DNA from: Octopus bimaculoides
Taxonomy: Eukaryota
Reading direction: 5' to 3'
DNA length: 42,844 bases
Assembly (NCBI RefSeq): GCF_001194135.2
Contig: NC_068997.1
Location: 1,132,873 to 1,175,716 of the forward strand
A program made the translations under genes and the position numbers. Of the stretch, positions 10,694 to 22,989 are shown in pieces. Within the stretch, counting starts at the first letter, position 1. Each line of letters starts with the position of its first letter. Below the pieces are notes generated by a model that was given only the letters and a program-made list of their open reading frames with translations, searched no databases and was not told where the DNA came from.

Positions 10694-11585
10694 CATGGTC
10701 TGATCAATAAGTATCCAGACTGTAGCCATAGTAACGAAGCTAAAGCACGCAGATTAAAGCCGCTTAGCACAGATTGACTTTAAACTCTGTTGTACTTGTG
10801 CAATAAATTTTAAAGTTCTAGCTCACTTCCTCTGTTAACAGAAGTGCTTAGAAGTAACGTGTGTAGCGTGTGTTCGTCGCATTGACCATGACAGAAAGTT
10901 CAGCAGAGAATCGGCATCAAATTTTGCCAAAAGCTTGGCGATACCTGCTCAGAGGCCTACGCAATGCTTTCAAAACGTTTTTCCCGTTCTCGACACATGC
11001 AAAGAGGTCTTGTGCAACTGAAACCCGAGTGTCCTTTTGGTCAGCTGAAAGCAGTTTCGGCACAAGCTTGGCAGGCACGCGTCTCATACCCAAATCTCCA
11101 GTGATGATGGACTGAACTGAACCATACCTAATCTGCACATCCTCTGATAACTCACGGATGGTGATTCGACGATTTCTTCTCACAGTTGCAAGCATATCTG
11201 AGGTGTTTTTCTCAGTTCTCTTGGTTGCAGGTCTCCTAGAAAGTTCATCAATATCGACATTTTCTCGGCCATCTTGGAAACGTCTGAACCATTCGTACAC
11301 TTGTGTGCGGTTCATACGCTCCTCTCCATATACTTTTTGCAACTTTGCGTAGGCCTCTGAGCAGGTATCGCATCGACAACTTTCTCTGTCATGGTCAATG
11401 CGACGATCACGCGTTACATACGTTACTTCGAAGCACTGCTGTAAACAGCGGAAGTGAGCTAGGACATTAAAACTTAGTGCACATGCACAGCAGAGGTCAA
11501 GGTCAATCCGTGCCAAGCAGTTTTACTCTGCATGCTTTAGCTTCGTTACTATGGCAACAGTCCGGATACTTATTGATCATACCTC

Positions 11586-11586
<1 letters not shown>
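10694..11586 (-). mobile_element. Non-autonomous fold-back mariner derivative (N-terminal transposase half; two 5' ends)
   Basis: TA at 10692-93 and 11587-88; inverted arms 10694-10964 and 11345-11586; the minus-strand ORF gives AYAKLQKVYGE...VYEWFRRFQDGRE...LGMRRVPAKLVPKLLS (HTH plus WVPxxL-like linker) and stops before the DDD domain. Confidence 0.9.
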
Positions 11587-11636
<50 letters not shown>

Positions 11637-12323
11637 ATCACTGTTGTAGGTATTTCCACGAATACTGAATACATATTTAAAAAAAAATTCCTGTCTTCAA
11701 CTATCGAGAGAAAATAACACATCCCTACTAATATCTATTTGTAAAAATGTGCGCTTCATGCTATTTTTAACGCAGCATGAAATACCAGAATCTTTTGCAT
11801 ATATGTTATGAATATAGTACAAAACAGTTCAGTTTAGCGAGATAATGTCTTTAACGAAATATATCATATTATGTATACTTTATACATACGTTAATGCATA
11901 ATAATATAATGTATGTTAAACCGAAGTTATTGCATTAACGCTAGCTAAAGAATAAAAGTAAAAGATTTACTAATGCAGTGTCTCAATACCGAGAGTAGAG
12001 CCATCTTTACTGTAAAGCTTGCATTGACTAGGATTTCAATACGCTGACCGTATTTCCAGCATACGAGTTGAATTTTGCAGACCAAAATTTGCAGCCAAAA
12101 AGGTAGGTCGACTAATACACTGAGATGTGTTTGAAGACCTAAAAATTCCTTGTAAAATGCCAGCAGCGGAATTTGGAAAGACTGTGATGATGTTTAAATG
12201 TGCACAACATATTTACACTTTATGTTACGTTGACCGACGTGGCGGAAAATATGGTACCAGCTTCATCGGCCACTGACTGAATAAACCGTTAGTTGAAACC
12301 TGAAATGCCTGTGAATTTGATAC

Positions 12324-12383
12324 AAGAAGAAGAAGAAGAAGAAGAAGAAGAAGAAGAAGAAGAAGAAGAAGAAAAAGAAGAAC

Positions 12384-12439
<56 letters not shown>

Positions 12440-12455
12440 TAACAATAATAATAAT
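12324..12455. repeat. Compound microsatellite (GAA)n(AAT)n
   Basis: Read directly. Confidence 0.97.
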
Positions 12456-12858
12456 TAACTGCACCATATATGCTATATAGTTTATGTTGCATGCCCCTTT
12501 CACTCACGAACAGTCAAGAAGGAAGGTGAAAAGATTGATAAATACAACAGTTTTAAGTACGCAGTAGCTCGGTTATGGAAAATGAAGAAGCTGAAGATAG
12601 TGCCAAATCATTGTTGGGTCTTTGGGAAGAGTATCAGAAGGCATCAAGAGGAATATGAAGGAAATTGGAATTGAGTGCCCAGCAGAACTGTTACAAAAGG
12701 TTTGTTTCCTTGGCGCGGCCAGAATAACCAGGAAAGTATTAGATGGCTGAAAAGAATGGATAGCATGGCACCGAAGGCTGCAGGTAGCAAGCCCACTACG
12801 CGCCACGCAAGTAAAACGCCAGGAGTCCCCCCCCCCCGCAAAAACTGTGATAAAGAGA
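12456..12858 (+). mobile_element. 5'-truncated Dong/R4-like non-LTR element (RLE C-terminus and 3'UTR) between (AAT)n tracts
   Basis: VACPFHSRTVKKEGEKIDKYNSFKYAVARLWKMKKLKIVP, a frameshift, then IIVGSLGRV...LLQKVCFLGAARITRKVLDG* (TGA ends at 12750); (AAT)n on both sides. Confidence 0.88.
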
Positions 12859-12920
<62 letters not shown>

Positions 12921-12922
<2 letters not shown>

Positions 12923-13262
12923 GCCCTGATGCAGTACCAAGCAGTGGCGCTCGTGGCTTTTGATCTTAATTGATTGGAAGTGCTATCATGTACATTGCTT
13001 TGTCTTGGTATAAAAGATGGGCTACAGCAAATATTCTGCTCAATACCACAGACTTGCTTGTCAGTTGCTTGACCTTAACCAGTTGAGCATGTCCCTTAGT
13101 GGCTGACGATATGTGCATCTCTGATTACGAGCAGAAGAAGTGAGAGAACATCATAGACATGTGTTGAGAGGAATTCTTGGGGATTTGAATAATTCATCCT
13201 TGGAAACATCGGTGTTTCTTTCAACATCCTTAAACAATCTTTATTCAAGGATATTTTGAGAG
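12921..13262 (+). mobile_element. Probable 3'UTR fragment of a Dong/R4-like LINE
   Basis: Non-coding block directly after (AAT)n that I recall as a common Octopus repeat (ATGCCCTGATGCAGTACC...GGCTGACGATATGTGCATCTCTGAT). The family assignment is from memory and cannot be verified in this window. Confidence 0.45.
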
Positions 13263-13278
13263 GGATGGGTTACTAGGC

Positions 13279-13506
13279 GGGACATTAGGTATGATAAAAA
13301 AACACATTCAGACAAATGCATAACAAAAACACGAGGATGTATATATAACATGCAGGAAATAGCACTACTAGATACCGCACACATACTACGTAAAACACTT
13401 TCTGTACAGTAAAAATAAGAGCACCACAACAAACCACAGCATATACCCAAGGCACATAGTGCTGCGCTCGGTAGTGCAGTGAAAGCACATTATAAAAATA
13501 CGACTA

Positions 13507-13510
<4 letters not shown>
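13279..13510 (+). mobile_element. 3' end of another Dong/R4-like non-LTR element
   Basis: GTLGMIKK, a frameshift, then SDKCITKT...NMQEIALLDTAHILRKTLSVQ* (TAA at 13410-12), short 3'UTR, then (AAT)n. Confidence 0.88.
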
Positions 13511-13574
<64 letters not shown>

Positions 13575-13593
13575 TGATGATGATGATGATGAC

Positions 13594-13647
<54 letters not shown>
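13510..13647. repeat. Compound microsatellite (AAT)n(GAT)n
   Basis: Read directly. Confidence 0.97.
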
Positions 13648-14744
13648 AATATACTCCGGAAGGTGCTTGAAAAACAAGAGGTGTTACCTTAGTTCACTGG
13701 TAGTGAACAGCTGACACCGTAGTACTTCTCCAGCGTTAGAAGCTGTGCAAAAGCAATGATAATAATAAAAATAATAATGATATTGGCACACACACGTATA
13801 CACACACATATAACTTTCTCTCCGTTTCTTCCGCTTCTTTTCTCTTCTTTCTGCTTATACTTATATGTACGTATAAACAAGAGAATACAATTCAGTGTTT
13901 TATTGCATTTCTTAGCGCTCATCACCATCCCGTCACGCGCGCGCGCATACACACATACGTTAGTGTATATATGATCGTGTGTTTGTGTATATATGTACAC
14001 ACACACACACACATATATGTAATATATGTATGTACTTGTGTGCAATTGTATGAAGATAGCATCGAAACGGAATATACATTCATTCGTTATACAATGATCT
14101 AAAAATATAAAAATAAACCGCAATTCACACAAATATTCCTAGAATTTACATTTGGAAGTCTTGTCATAATCAAAGATAAAATCTTCCAACGAACATCAAT
14201 ATTGGAAAAAAAAATGTCTTACATGAAAAACATATCCAAGCAAATTGTTTATTCTCTAAAATATTTGGTTTTGTTTCATTCAAAGAATAGAGGAATTTAA
14301 AGAAATTTTCTGAATCATGTTACATTGGATTTAAAAAAAATAAACCGGACTGATTTTTCGATATGAATGTCAATAGGCGTGTTGTAGGTAAACATACTTA
14401 AGGCAAGTTATAGGATGGAGGAAGGGGAAATATTCGATGTGACGAATTTAATTTTCAGCCATTTAATACAAAAAATTGTATTATCTATTCTATCATTTCT
14501 TAATAGTACTGTCTTTCATGAAGAATCAACACATTTCGTCGAACTTCTTCGATATATTACTAATATAATTTCGCTGCATCTGTTCAAAATCAGTCATTGG
14601 CAAGATTTTATAAGCCTCGAGGGTTTAGTCGTCTATTTTTTGCTTGCTTTTAGTTACATTCATCGTTAAGTGTAGGAGCAATGGATGTGAATTCAATAAA
14701 TAAAATAAATCGTTTATAATTTGATCAATTGTCTTTTGTGTGTG

Positions 14745-14849
14745 GGCGAATCCACTGATTTGTTGGAAGATGGACTTGTGTAACTGAAAGACACAATGGA
14801 ATTACAAGTTCGAAGTTCAAAAAGTAGCAGTAAAACAGAGATACAATGA
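14745..14849 (+). pseudogene. Possible highly decayed LINE reverse-transcriptase fragment
   Basis: GESTDLLEDGLV*LKDTMELQVRSSKSSSKTEIQ resembles the post-FADD segment of RTE/CR1-type RT (..GLxVxxxKTKI); no YADD/FADD motif is visible. Confidence 0.3.
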
Positions 14850-15019
14850 CCCCACCCCCAATAGATTCCTTCGCATACAAGGGGACCTCTATCCCCGCGT
14901 GGTTGATATTTTATCACGTAGCAACTATAGATTATAGTCCGTCCGATATGTCACGTTTATCATGTGGTATATGTAGATTCTAATCTATATTGTAGCAGGT
15001 GGTAAATACATCTGCAGAA

Positions 15020-15063
<44 letters not shown>

Positions 15064-15102
15064 AAATGGAGAGAGGGAGAGATATTTGTATGNNNNNNNN
15101 NN

Positions 15103-15172
<70 letters not shown>

Positions 15173-15322
15173 AAATGGAGAGAGGGAGAGATATTTGTAT
15201 GATAGATACAGCTGATTCTTGATTTCATATGCATTAGAAACTATCGAGTAACTGTTTCTGGTTCTATAGTTATTATAGTCTATTTTAACCATAGTACAAT
15301 GTTTTTGCGACATCCTAAAACG

Positions 15323-15373
<51 letters not shown>

Positions 15374-15641
15374 CACACACACACGCACACACATCGTTGT
15401 TATTATGCAAAAGTTTCGTACGTCCAAAACGTTCCATTTTCAGAAAACGAAAAAATAGTTTCACCATCCCATAGCCAAACCTTTTAGCAGTTTTTGATAT
15501 CTTGGCATCTGAAGCAGCTGGAGATACGACAGTTTGACCAAAAGAACCGGCTGTTGCAAGCAAAAATAAATATTGGAAAAAACGCATTTGGTCAAATTTG
15601 GACATACGATAGTTTAACATGATAAAAACGATATATATCTA

Positions 15642-15675
<34 letters not shown>

Positions 15676-16080
15676 CATGGTAAAATGTTATTAGAATTCA
15701 ATCATTTGTAAAAGGCGCAATATATTCAGTTACATCAGTTAAAGAACAACCTGTAGGCAGTTATCTCCCTTAAAACCAGTTGTCTCATCCATTGGCCACT
15801 GGATGGCGCATGTCGTGGTGTTGCATTGTGGGAGAATTAAATCTATAGCTTTTGGATGGCGCAACGGTCAAACATATCCACGTCTTATGTATACGAATAC
15901 GAACGCACAGAAACTGCCTTTGTCTCTCTCTATGCAAATGCTGTAATTCGCATGCAGTATAAAGATAAAAACGATTTACGACGGTATTTGCAAATTCCTA
16001 TCGTCCTTTTATTCTTGTATTTGGAGAATCTCTGACTTCTACATTTCAGCTTTTTTTGTTAGAAGAAAAATTTCTAAAAA

Positions 16081-16540
16081 TGGTGACCCTGAGAAACGAA
16101 TAGACAAGTTTCCTAGTTTAAAGTGAATTAAAAGAAAAAAACAGATGAGCAGAACCGTTAACGCGTCATAACTGTTCTAAACAGTCGACTTCTAAAATTT
16201 GTTTTCACATTCAAGCTTCGCCATCTTGCCAATTCGTTTTGGCGTTCTTTGACATTCCTTTCTTCGCAACGGTTTTTATTCCTTTATAAAATGAGCAATT
16301 TTCCGCTCTCTCAATGCCATGGGGAAGCGAAAATGTGGTTTTCGCAACTGGAGTTCTACTTTATTGCTACCAGCACTCGCCAACCACTGGTCAAACTGCA
16401 CATCACATTCTCCGGCTTACCGTCCCCACTCGTTTCGTCTGTCAGGGATTTACTTACAGATATACCAGATGGGATGTCCTACGAGAAGTCCGAGGTGTTA
16501 CGCAGAAACTCTCCGTCCGCTGACACACGCTATAAACATA
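16081..16540 (+). pseudogene. Ty3/gypsy LTR-retrotransposon relic: tRNA-Trp-type PBS and gag N-terminus
   Basis: TGGTGACCCTGA at 16081 compared with the tRNA-Trp PBS TGGTGACCCCGA; the ORF from ATG 16291 gives AKMWFSQLEFYF...VRDLLTDIPDGMSYE..VLRRNSPS, matching the gypsy gag pattern WFxQxExxF...VRDLL...Y; no LTR or pol is seen. Confidence 0.65.
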
Positions 16541-19500
16541 ATTATTGCTACATATTATTGACATATAACATGTTAGAAATATATTGTTTTCATTAAATGT
16601 CACAAACCAACTTGAAGGCAGTAACAATACTATAAACATAGATTCTTTTAATAAAAATGTAAGTCAATTTGGGTAAAAAGGGTGTATGTAAGTGATTTGT
16701 TCTCTGACTAGGCCCCAATAATCGATGATTTTTGGAGGAAAAACAATGCAGCTTCCAGTAGCATTTCACTACACGCAAAGAGACGAAAGTAAACTTTATG
16801 TTAAAAAAATACAGCCAATCCAGACACCTTTTCTCACAATTACCTCACCGACTTCAGAAAGATTTATTACTGACTCATCTGAATTACCAAAAAATTCTAT
16901 TTTTGCAGACAATAATAATATCGATCTCCATAATTTATTGATATTTCTCGATTCAGAAAGATCAAAGCAAGTCTTATCCTAGTGCGATTTGATCTCAGAG
17001 TCTAAAGGATTGCGAAATAAATGCATTAGAAATTTTAACCATGCCGCTACAGTTCTGCTATTCACCAATGTTCACATGAAAACAATTTATTGCTAAAATA
17101 ATTAAAAATAGTTTTTTAATTTTAATAAAAAAACTCAAAACAAAAACGATTTTTTAAATAATTTAAATATGTTTCACTTCTAATCAATGAAATTAAATTT
17201 CCTCCTATAATGTTGAATAATAATCTAATTAAAGCAGAATATTTAAAAAGTTCCATGTCAATATAATCTGAACTCTGGTATATAAAAGTAGAAAGTGGAC
17301 TCCTCTTTTTAGCACGAAAAATCTGACAGGCAAACTGGAGTATTGGCAATAGTTTTTCGTTATTTGATTGTCTCACTTCAGATGAAACGTTCGAAATGTC
17401 ATTCTTCATCGTTGGAGAAGGTTCTTAATGAAAATAGAACGCTAGGCTACTCCATTTAACAGTACTTGAAACATATAAGGTATTTACATGGATGCATATA
17501 TGTATGCACATGCATACAAACATAGATATCCATACATACATGTGTGTGTTTGTAGGAGTGTAGGTGTGTATGTATGGTGCTTTGCAGGAACGAATGTGTG
17601 AAGAACACGAAAGTAAACTAAACACAGTGGCAAAATCAACTGTTTTAAATATCATTTGTGACGTCAATCGGCAAATATTGAAAATCTTTTGTTTCACAAG
17701 GAAATTCAAAATTGAATTACTCAGTCAGTTTCCAAATTCGTTTCCTTCAAGAATTAATGATTATTGTATCGTGAATTGTAGATTTTAAGAAATCTCTTCT
17801 GCCTCATTCTACATATTCTTGTCGACGTCGTCACGTGCAAATAATTTCCTTTGTGACCTTTTGTTGATGCTAGAACAAGATGGTCAGTTATGGATTGAGT
17901 AGATTCAATAAAAACTGATATTAGACCGCAAATATGCAAGAGAAGAGTACAAACGGGTAGATAGGTATTTATTGTATTGATTTTGAGGCATTTTTTTTTT
18001 TTACTAACAATCCCTCTTATGAAACGGTTGTGGTACTAAAAGTACTAGGAAACGAACTATAAACTTAAAGGAGTGTAACTAACTGTTGCCTTACACATTA
18101 GCTGTAAATTTCTACACACAGCTCAGTCGATCAGACTTAGGACAACTACTATGACATATTTAATCTATAAAAGACAGGTTTGTAGATTAGTAACGTACCT
18201 AATTTTAAGAATTTATCTTTAAATCTCCAAACGATCTCAAAGCAAAATGTGAATAACGTTATCAAAAGAGCGATACGATTGAGTATTTGAAACTAGATTT
18301 TGTTGAAGCTTATAGTTTGGGTTGATGTCATGGAAATACATCTGCTTTACTGGAGCAACGATTTTCTCTTTACTGAGACAGGTCTCCACTCAAATGTCTG
18401 TATTCAATCATCACTTTGATATTCCTTCTTTTTCATTCATATACAAACATCTTCCAGGATTAGGGTACATTGTTCAGGTAGTTAATAGAGATAGTTCCAT
18501 ATTTAGAGATACATTGTTCATATAGTTAGCAAATAGTTATGGATATAGAGTTACATTGGTCAGATAGAGTTCCGTATCGAGAAGTAGAATAGAACATTCC
18601 TTAGTTTATTGGTGTAAGAAAAACCTCAACATTTTCAAGGTACTGTTCTAGAACAAATGCGTATAAATATGAAGATAATGGATTGTCAAGAAGCACTCAA
18701 TCCTCTGAGACTGTGTGCGTTCAAATCCTGGCAGTGGCATCATTAGAAGAGGGATGGCTTTTACCAAACGTACATAACGATACATTTCACCAAGATGCAG
18801 TATATGCTATATAATACATAAAGCAATAGAAAAGGAAAGACCGATGCCATTATACAGTTCTGCAATTTTTTTTCATGGCAATCACATAGGATTTCTAATT
18901 TAATATAAATGACAAGAATATAAACAACTGCAATAAAAACAAAGGAACACTGTAGAATAAATAATCTTGCAAGTAAATCATTTCGAATTGTTTTGATTCT
19001 CTGATGTAATTGTGTCACCTCTTATATGCCCCTAACACCTTTAGTAAAGGTTAGCACGTCCCAGTTATTGTTTTCTCCTTCCATGGAAGGGAAGAAGCTG
19101 AGTTATCTATTGATATAGGTCGACATCCCTCACTATTCGAGAATAAAATAAGAAATTTGAATGTCTATCTAATTATTCATGTAGGAAATAAATAACATGT
19201 TCATTAGTTTATGATTATATAAACCTACTTCAAAGAGTAGAGTAAAAATATTAACGTATTTGCATAAAGTCATAGAAGCAGTAATATGTAAATTTCTCTG
19301 AACTAAAACTGAACTATAGTAGCAAACAAATTTAAAATGATTTTCTAGAGAAATACTTTATAAATGGCAATAAAGAAGAGGTGAGTTATGAGGGAAAATC
19401 GATCTGAAATATATTTTATACCGAAAAATATAATGAAACATTAAAAAGAAAGATGATAATATAAGGTTAAAATACATTAAAGCCAAATTAATTGACGAAA

Positions 19501-19782
19501 GAAATTGTTCAGATCAATATTATTTTGAAGTGAAAATTATGGTTAACTTTTTCATAGACATTTCTCAAATAGTTTATAATGCTATAAAAATAGTAATTTA
19601 CATATGGAATGTTTCTGTAAGAGAACTTTGAGTTAAAAACGTCAACAAATACAAAAGACATGTAGAAACCATGATTTTCTGTAAGGGAAGAATTCATAAG
19701 AAACATTGGAAGGGAACTGATAGAAATAGTTTGAAAACGAGGATCAATGAAAATACTCGCCCTGAAATTATGATGGGCAAAC

Positions 19783-19854
19783 ACAGACGAACCGACAGAC
19801 GAACCGACAGACGAACCGACAGACGAACCGACAGACGAACTGACAGACGAACGG
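19783..19854. repeat. Minisatellite (ACAGACGAACCG)x6
   Basis: Four perfect and two variant 12-bp units. Confidence 0.97.
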
Positions 19855-20843
19855 TTGTTAGTGATCTCTCTTGATCTGCTTAGAATGTAGCTGACTTTGA
19901 GCACGCCACACAATTCGTTGCCCCGACCAAGACGTTCACTCCAGCCTGGGTCAAGTAGACCTATTCCACGATCAGCAATACCTTAGCCAAGTTTCCTTCA
20001 GCTGACCAAACACAATCAACAGTTTTATGCAATAATTTCGAAAAAATCTGCCGAAATAAAATAAGAAAAAAAAAAAAACTGTCGGACTCTTCAACTTCAT
20101 AACACAAAATTCGAGTATCGTTTACGAAGTTTTCCTGCGTTTAATCTAATTTTCAGTTTAAAATTTCTCAGTAAATGTAATTTCGTAAAATATATAAGAT
20201 TAAGAAATAGCTTTCTACAACAGTCTAAATTTTCTTTTAGAAAATTATCACACATTCTTCCCGATGAGAATAGGCTATAATTTAAATTTAATAGCAACTG
20301 AAATAATTTGTATTCATTATTTTCCTAAGAATAGAAAGGATATAGTACAGCATAGTGCATATAACTACTAGTATTGTTTTGTAAATAAAGAAGAAGCGAT
20401 AAAAACGAGCATAAATGAAAAGCATGCAGAATTACAAAAAGAAAAAAAAAAAAACAGAAATATTTTAAAATACCAGCCATGTGTGGAAAATAAACCACCC
20501 TAATCTTTTATTGAGTGGATATAGAAGAAACTTGTTTATTATGTCTCCCACGAGTAGAGAAACACAACTTAGCCAAAAGTTCTTATATAGATCTCTCACA
20601 GACTTTTTGCTTTGAAACTGCTTTAATTAAAGGTAAGGCAAAACCCCGATCTATATATAATTTATTTGTCATCCGACAAGGTTATTAGCCATGGTTTCAC
20701 ACCTATGGATCATAGGAGGACTTGTACAGGACGTCCGGTTCAGTATACAACCAGCCGTTGATTTGTTTGCGTGTAATATTGAGCTCAGACACTTAACTTT
20801 CCCTTCTGACTGTTGTCATTTCTTATGATGTATTACTGACATA

Positions 20844-21273
20844 CAAGGGTAGGCAAACGTAGGTATACAGTTGCTTAAAATAAGTTGAATGTAAGGCGGC
20901 GAGCTAGCAGAATTATTAGCGCGCCGGGCAAAATACTTAGCGGCATTTCGTCCGTCCTTACGTTCAAATTCCGCCGTGGTCGAATTTGCCTTTCATCCTT
21001 TCGAGGTCGATAAAGTAAGTACCAGTTGAACACTGGGGTCGATGTAATCGACTTACACCCTCTCTCGAACTTGCTCGAACTTTCTGCCGGAATTTGAAAC
21101 CAATATAAGTTGAATGTTCTTTTCATTTCTCTATTTCTTTTGTAGGATAATAATTGTATGTTTTTTAACGTGTTATTTCAGTCTCCCCTGACTGATGGCC
21201 TCCCATGATTATGCAGTCTTGAAGTCAACATAGTAAGCAACTGCAACTGCACACCTGCTTTTGCCCATCTCTG
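20844..21273. mobile_element. Tc1/mariner-type MITE (about 205 bp once the nested SINE is removed)
   Basis: TA flanks at 20842-43 and 21274-75; 31-bp TIRs CAAGGGTAGGCAAACGTAGGTATACAGTTGC and CAGAGATGGGCAAAAGCAGGTGTGCAGTTGC (23/31 identical, mismatches almost all transitions). Confidence 0.65.
20893..21104 (+). mobile_element. SINE family A, full length, nested in the MITE
   Basis: AAGGCGGCGAGCTAGCAG head; 13-bp TSD ATAAGTTGAATGT at 20880-20892 and 21105-21117. Confidence 0.93.
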
Positions 21274-21529
21274 TACATTGATGCATTGGAAAAAATACCC
21301 ATAAATCTAGGATGTACATTTTTGAGAAGGCATTGTAGACCTTCAAGAACTACTACTTACATATAACCTAAACTCTGACCTTGTGGCAATGAGAAGCAGG
21401 TTATTTTTATGGGCTGGCGGGTGCGGTAAGGGGATATGTTTTGCAGCATAGTGCAGATTTTATAAACCGTTAAATATGGTTTATAATTTGAGTCAGTTTC
21501 TCTCATATTGGCTTATAAAACCAACTCCC

Positions 21530-21910
21530 TCTGTCTCACACGCATGCGCCAACTCACATGCAAGCATGCACACACTCACACTTACGCATGCACTCACTCG
21601 CATGTTCGTACTACGTTTGCACACGCACGCATGCACATACCCACCCCACACACCCTTATGCACAAACACACACGAACACACACGAACACACGCGACCGCT
21701 CACAAGCACGCACTGACACTCAAGCACATACTGCCACAGAAGCACACACTCACACACGCACTCACACATGCACTGGCATATACAGGCACACAAGCACGCA
21801 CTCACATGCGTACTTATACATGCACTCGCACACGCACACACGTTGCACACGAACACATGTCGCACGCACTCAAACACAGACACACGCACTCACACATATA
21901 CACACACAAA
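21530..21910. repeat. Degenerate (CA)n-derived low-complexity tract
   Basis: About 380 bp of CA/CG/TA-variant dinucleotides; it explains the His/Thr- and Val/Cys-rich ORFs here. Confidence 0.9.
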
Positions 21911-21947
21911 CATAGATATGAAAAAGGAACCGAATCAAACTATTCTA

Positions 21948-21995
<48 letters not shown>

Positions 21996-21996
<1 letters not shown>

Positions 21997-22952
21997 GGCC
22001 AGACATCATACTGAAAGACTTCAGACAAAAATCATGCCTCCTCATTGATATGACTGTCCCAATCGATATAAACGTATCTGTCAAGACCTACCAAAAACTG
22101 AGCAAATATAAAGATCTTGAAATAGAAATTAGCAAAATGTGGAATCTGAAGACGAAAACAATACCTATTGNNNNNNNNNNNNNNNNNNNNNNNNNNNNNN
22201 NNNNNNNNNNNNNNNNNNNNNNNNNNNNNNNNNNNNNNNNNNNNNNNNNNNNNNNNNNNNNNNNNNNNNNNNNNNNNNNNNNNNNNNNNNNNNNNNNNNN
22301 NNNNNNNNNNNNNNNNNNNNNNNNNNNNNNNNNNNNNNNNNNNNNNNNNNNNNNNNNNNNNNNNNNNNNNNNNNNNNNNNNNNNNNNNNNNNNNNNNNNN
22401 NNNNNNNNNNNNNNNNNNNNNNNNNNNNNNNNNNNNNNNNNNNNNNNNNNNNNNNNNNNNNNNNNNNNNNNNNNNNNNNNNNNNNNNNNNNNNNNNNNNN
22501 NNNNNNNNNNNNNNNNNNNNNNNNNNNNNNNNNNNNNNNNNNNNNNNNNNNNNNNNNNNNNNNNNNNNNNNNNNNNNNNNNNNNNNNNNNNNNNNNNNNN
22601 NNNNNNNNNNNNNNNNNNNNNNNNNNNNNNNNNNNNNNNNNNNNNNNNNNNNNNNNNNNNNNNNNNNNNNNNNNNNNNNNNNNNNNNNNNNNNNNNNNNN
22701 NNNNNNNNNNNNNNNNNNNNNNNNNNNNNNNNNNNNNNNNNNNNNNNNNNNNNNNNNNNNNNNNNNNNNNNNNNNNNNNNNNNNNNNNNNNNNNNNNNNN
22801 NNNNNNNNNNNNNNNNNNNNNNNNNNNNNNNNNNNNNNNNNNNNGCATCTGCCTGGTGTACCCTTATCAGGCGGGTAGCCATGATGGGTATACAGAGTTT
22901 CGTATATTTTACCCCAGTATCACTTTGATGGCATGCACTGCTCTCTCACTCA

Positions 22953-22953
<1 letters not shown>
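21996..22953 (+). mobile_element. 5'-truncated Dong/R4-like non-LTR element (interior lies in an assembly gap), inserted in (TAA)n
   Basis: [58 protein letters not shown] is a PD-(D/E)xK RLE domain; (AAT)n at 21948-21995 and 22954-22987. Joining the two sides of the gap into one element is an inference. Confidence 0.85.
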
Positions 22954-22988
<35 letters not shown>

Positions 22989-22989
22989 G

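Noticed and set aside
15048-15200. Exact duplication of about 45 bp (GAGATGGAGAGAAATGGAGAGAGGGAGAGATATTTGTATG)
   Set aside because: It straddles a 10-N gap, so it is most likely an unmerged contig overlap
17122-17409. 95-aa minus-strand ORF
   Set aside because: No recognisable domain, AT-biased codons, and no supported splice context
18460-18580. Three loose repeats of TACATTG(T/G)TCA and a minus-strand peptide LFANYMNN resembling LINE RT
   Set aside because: Too degenerate, with multiple stops and no downstream YADD motif
18700-18745. B-box-like GTTCAAATCCTGGC suggesting a tRNA gene
   Set aside because: No cloverleaf or A box can be built. No true tRNA gene was found in the window, and the tRNA-like sequences are SINE heads
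19783-19854. Regular repeat arrays as CRISPR candidates
   Set aside because: The units are contiguous with no unique spacers, the context is eukaryotic, and no cas genes are present
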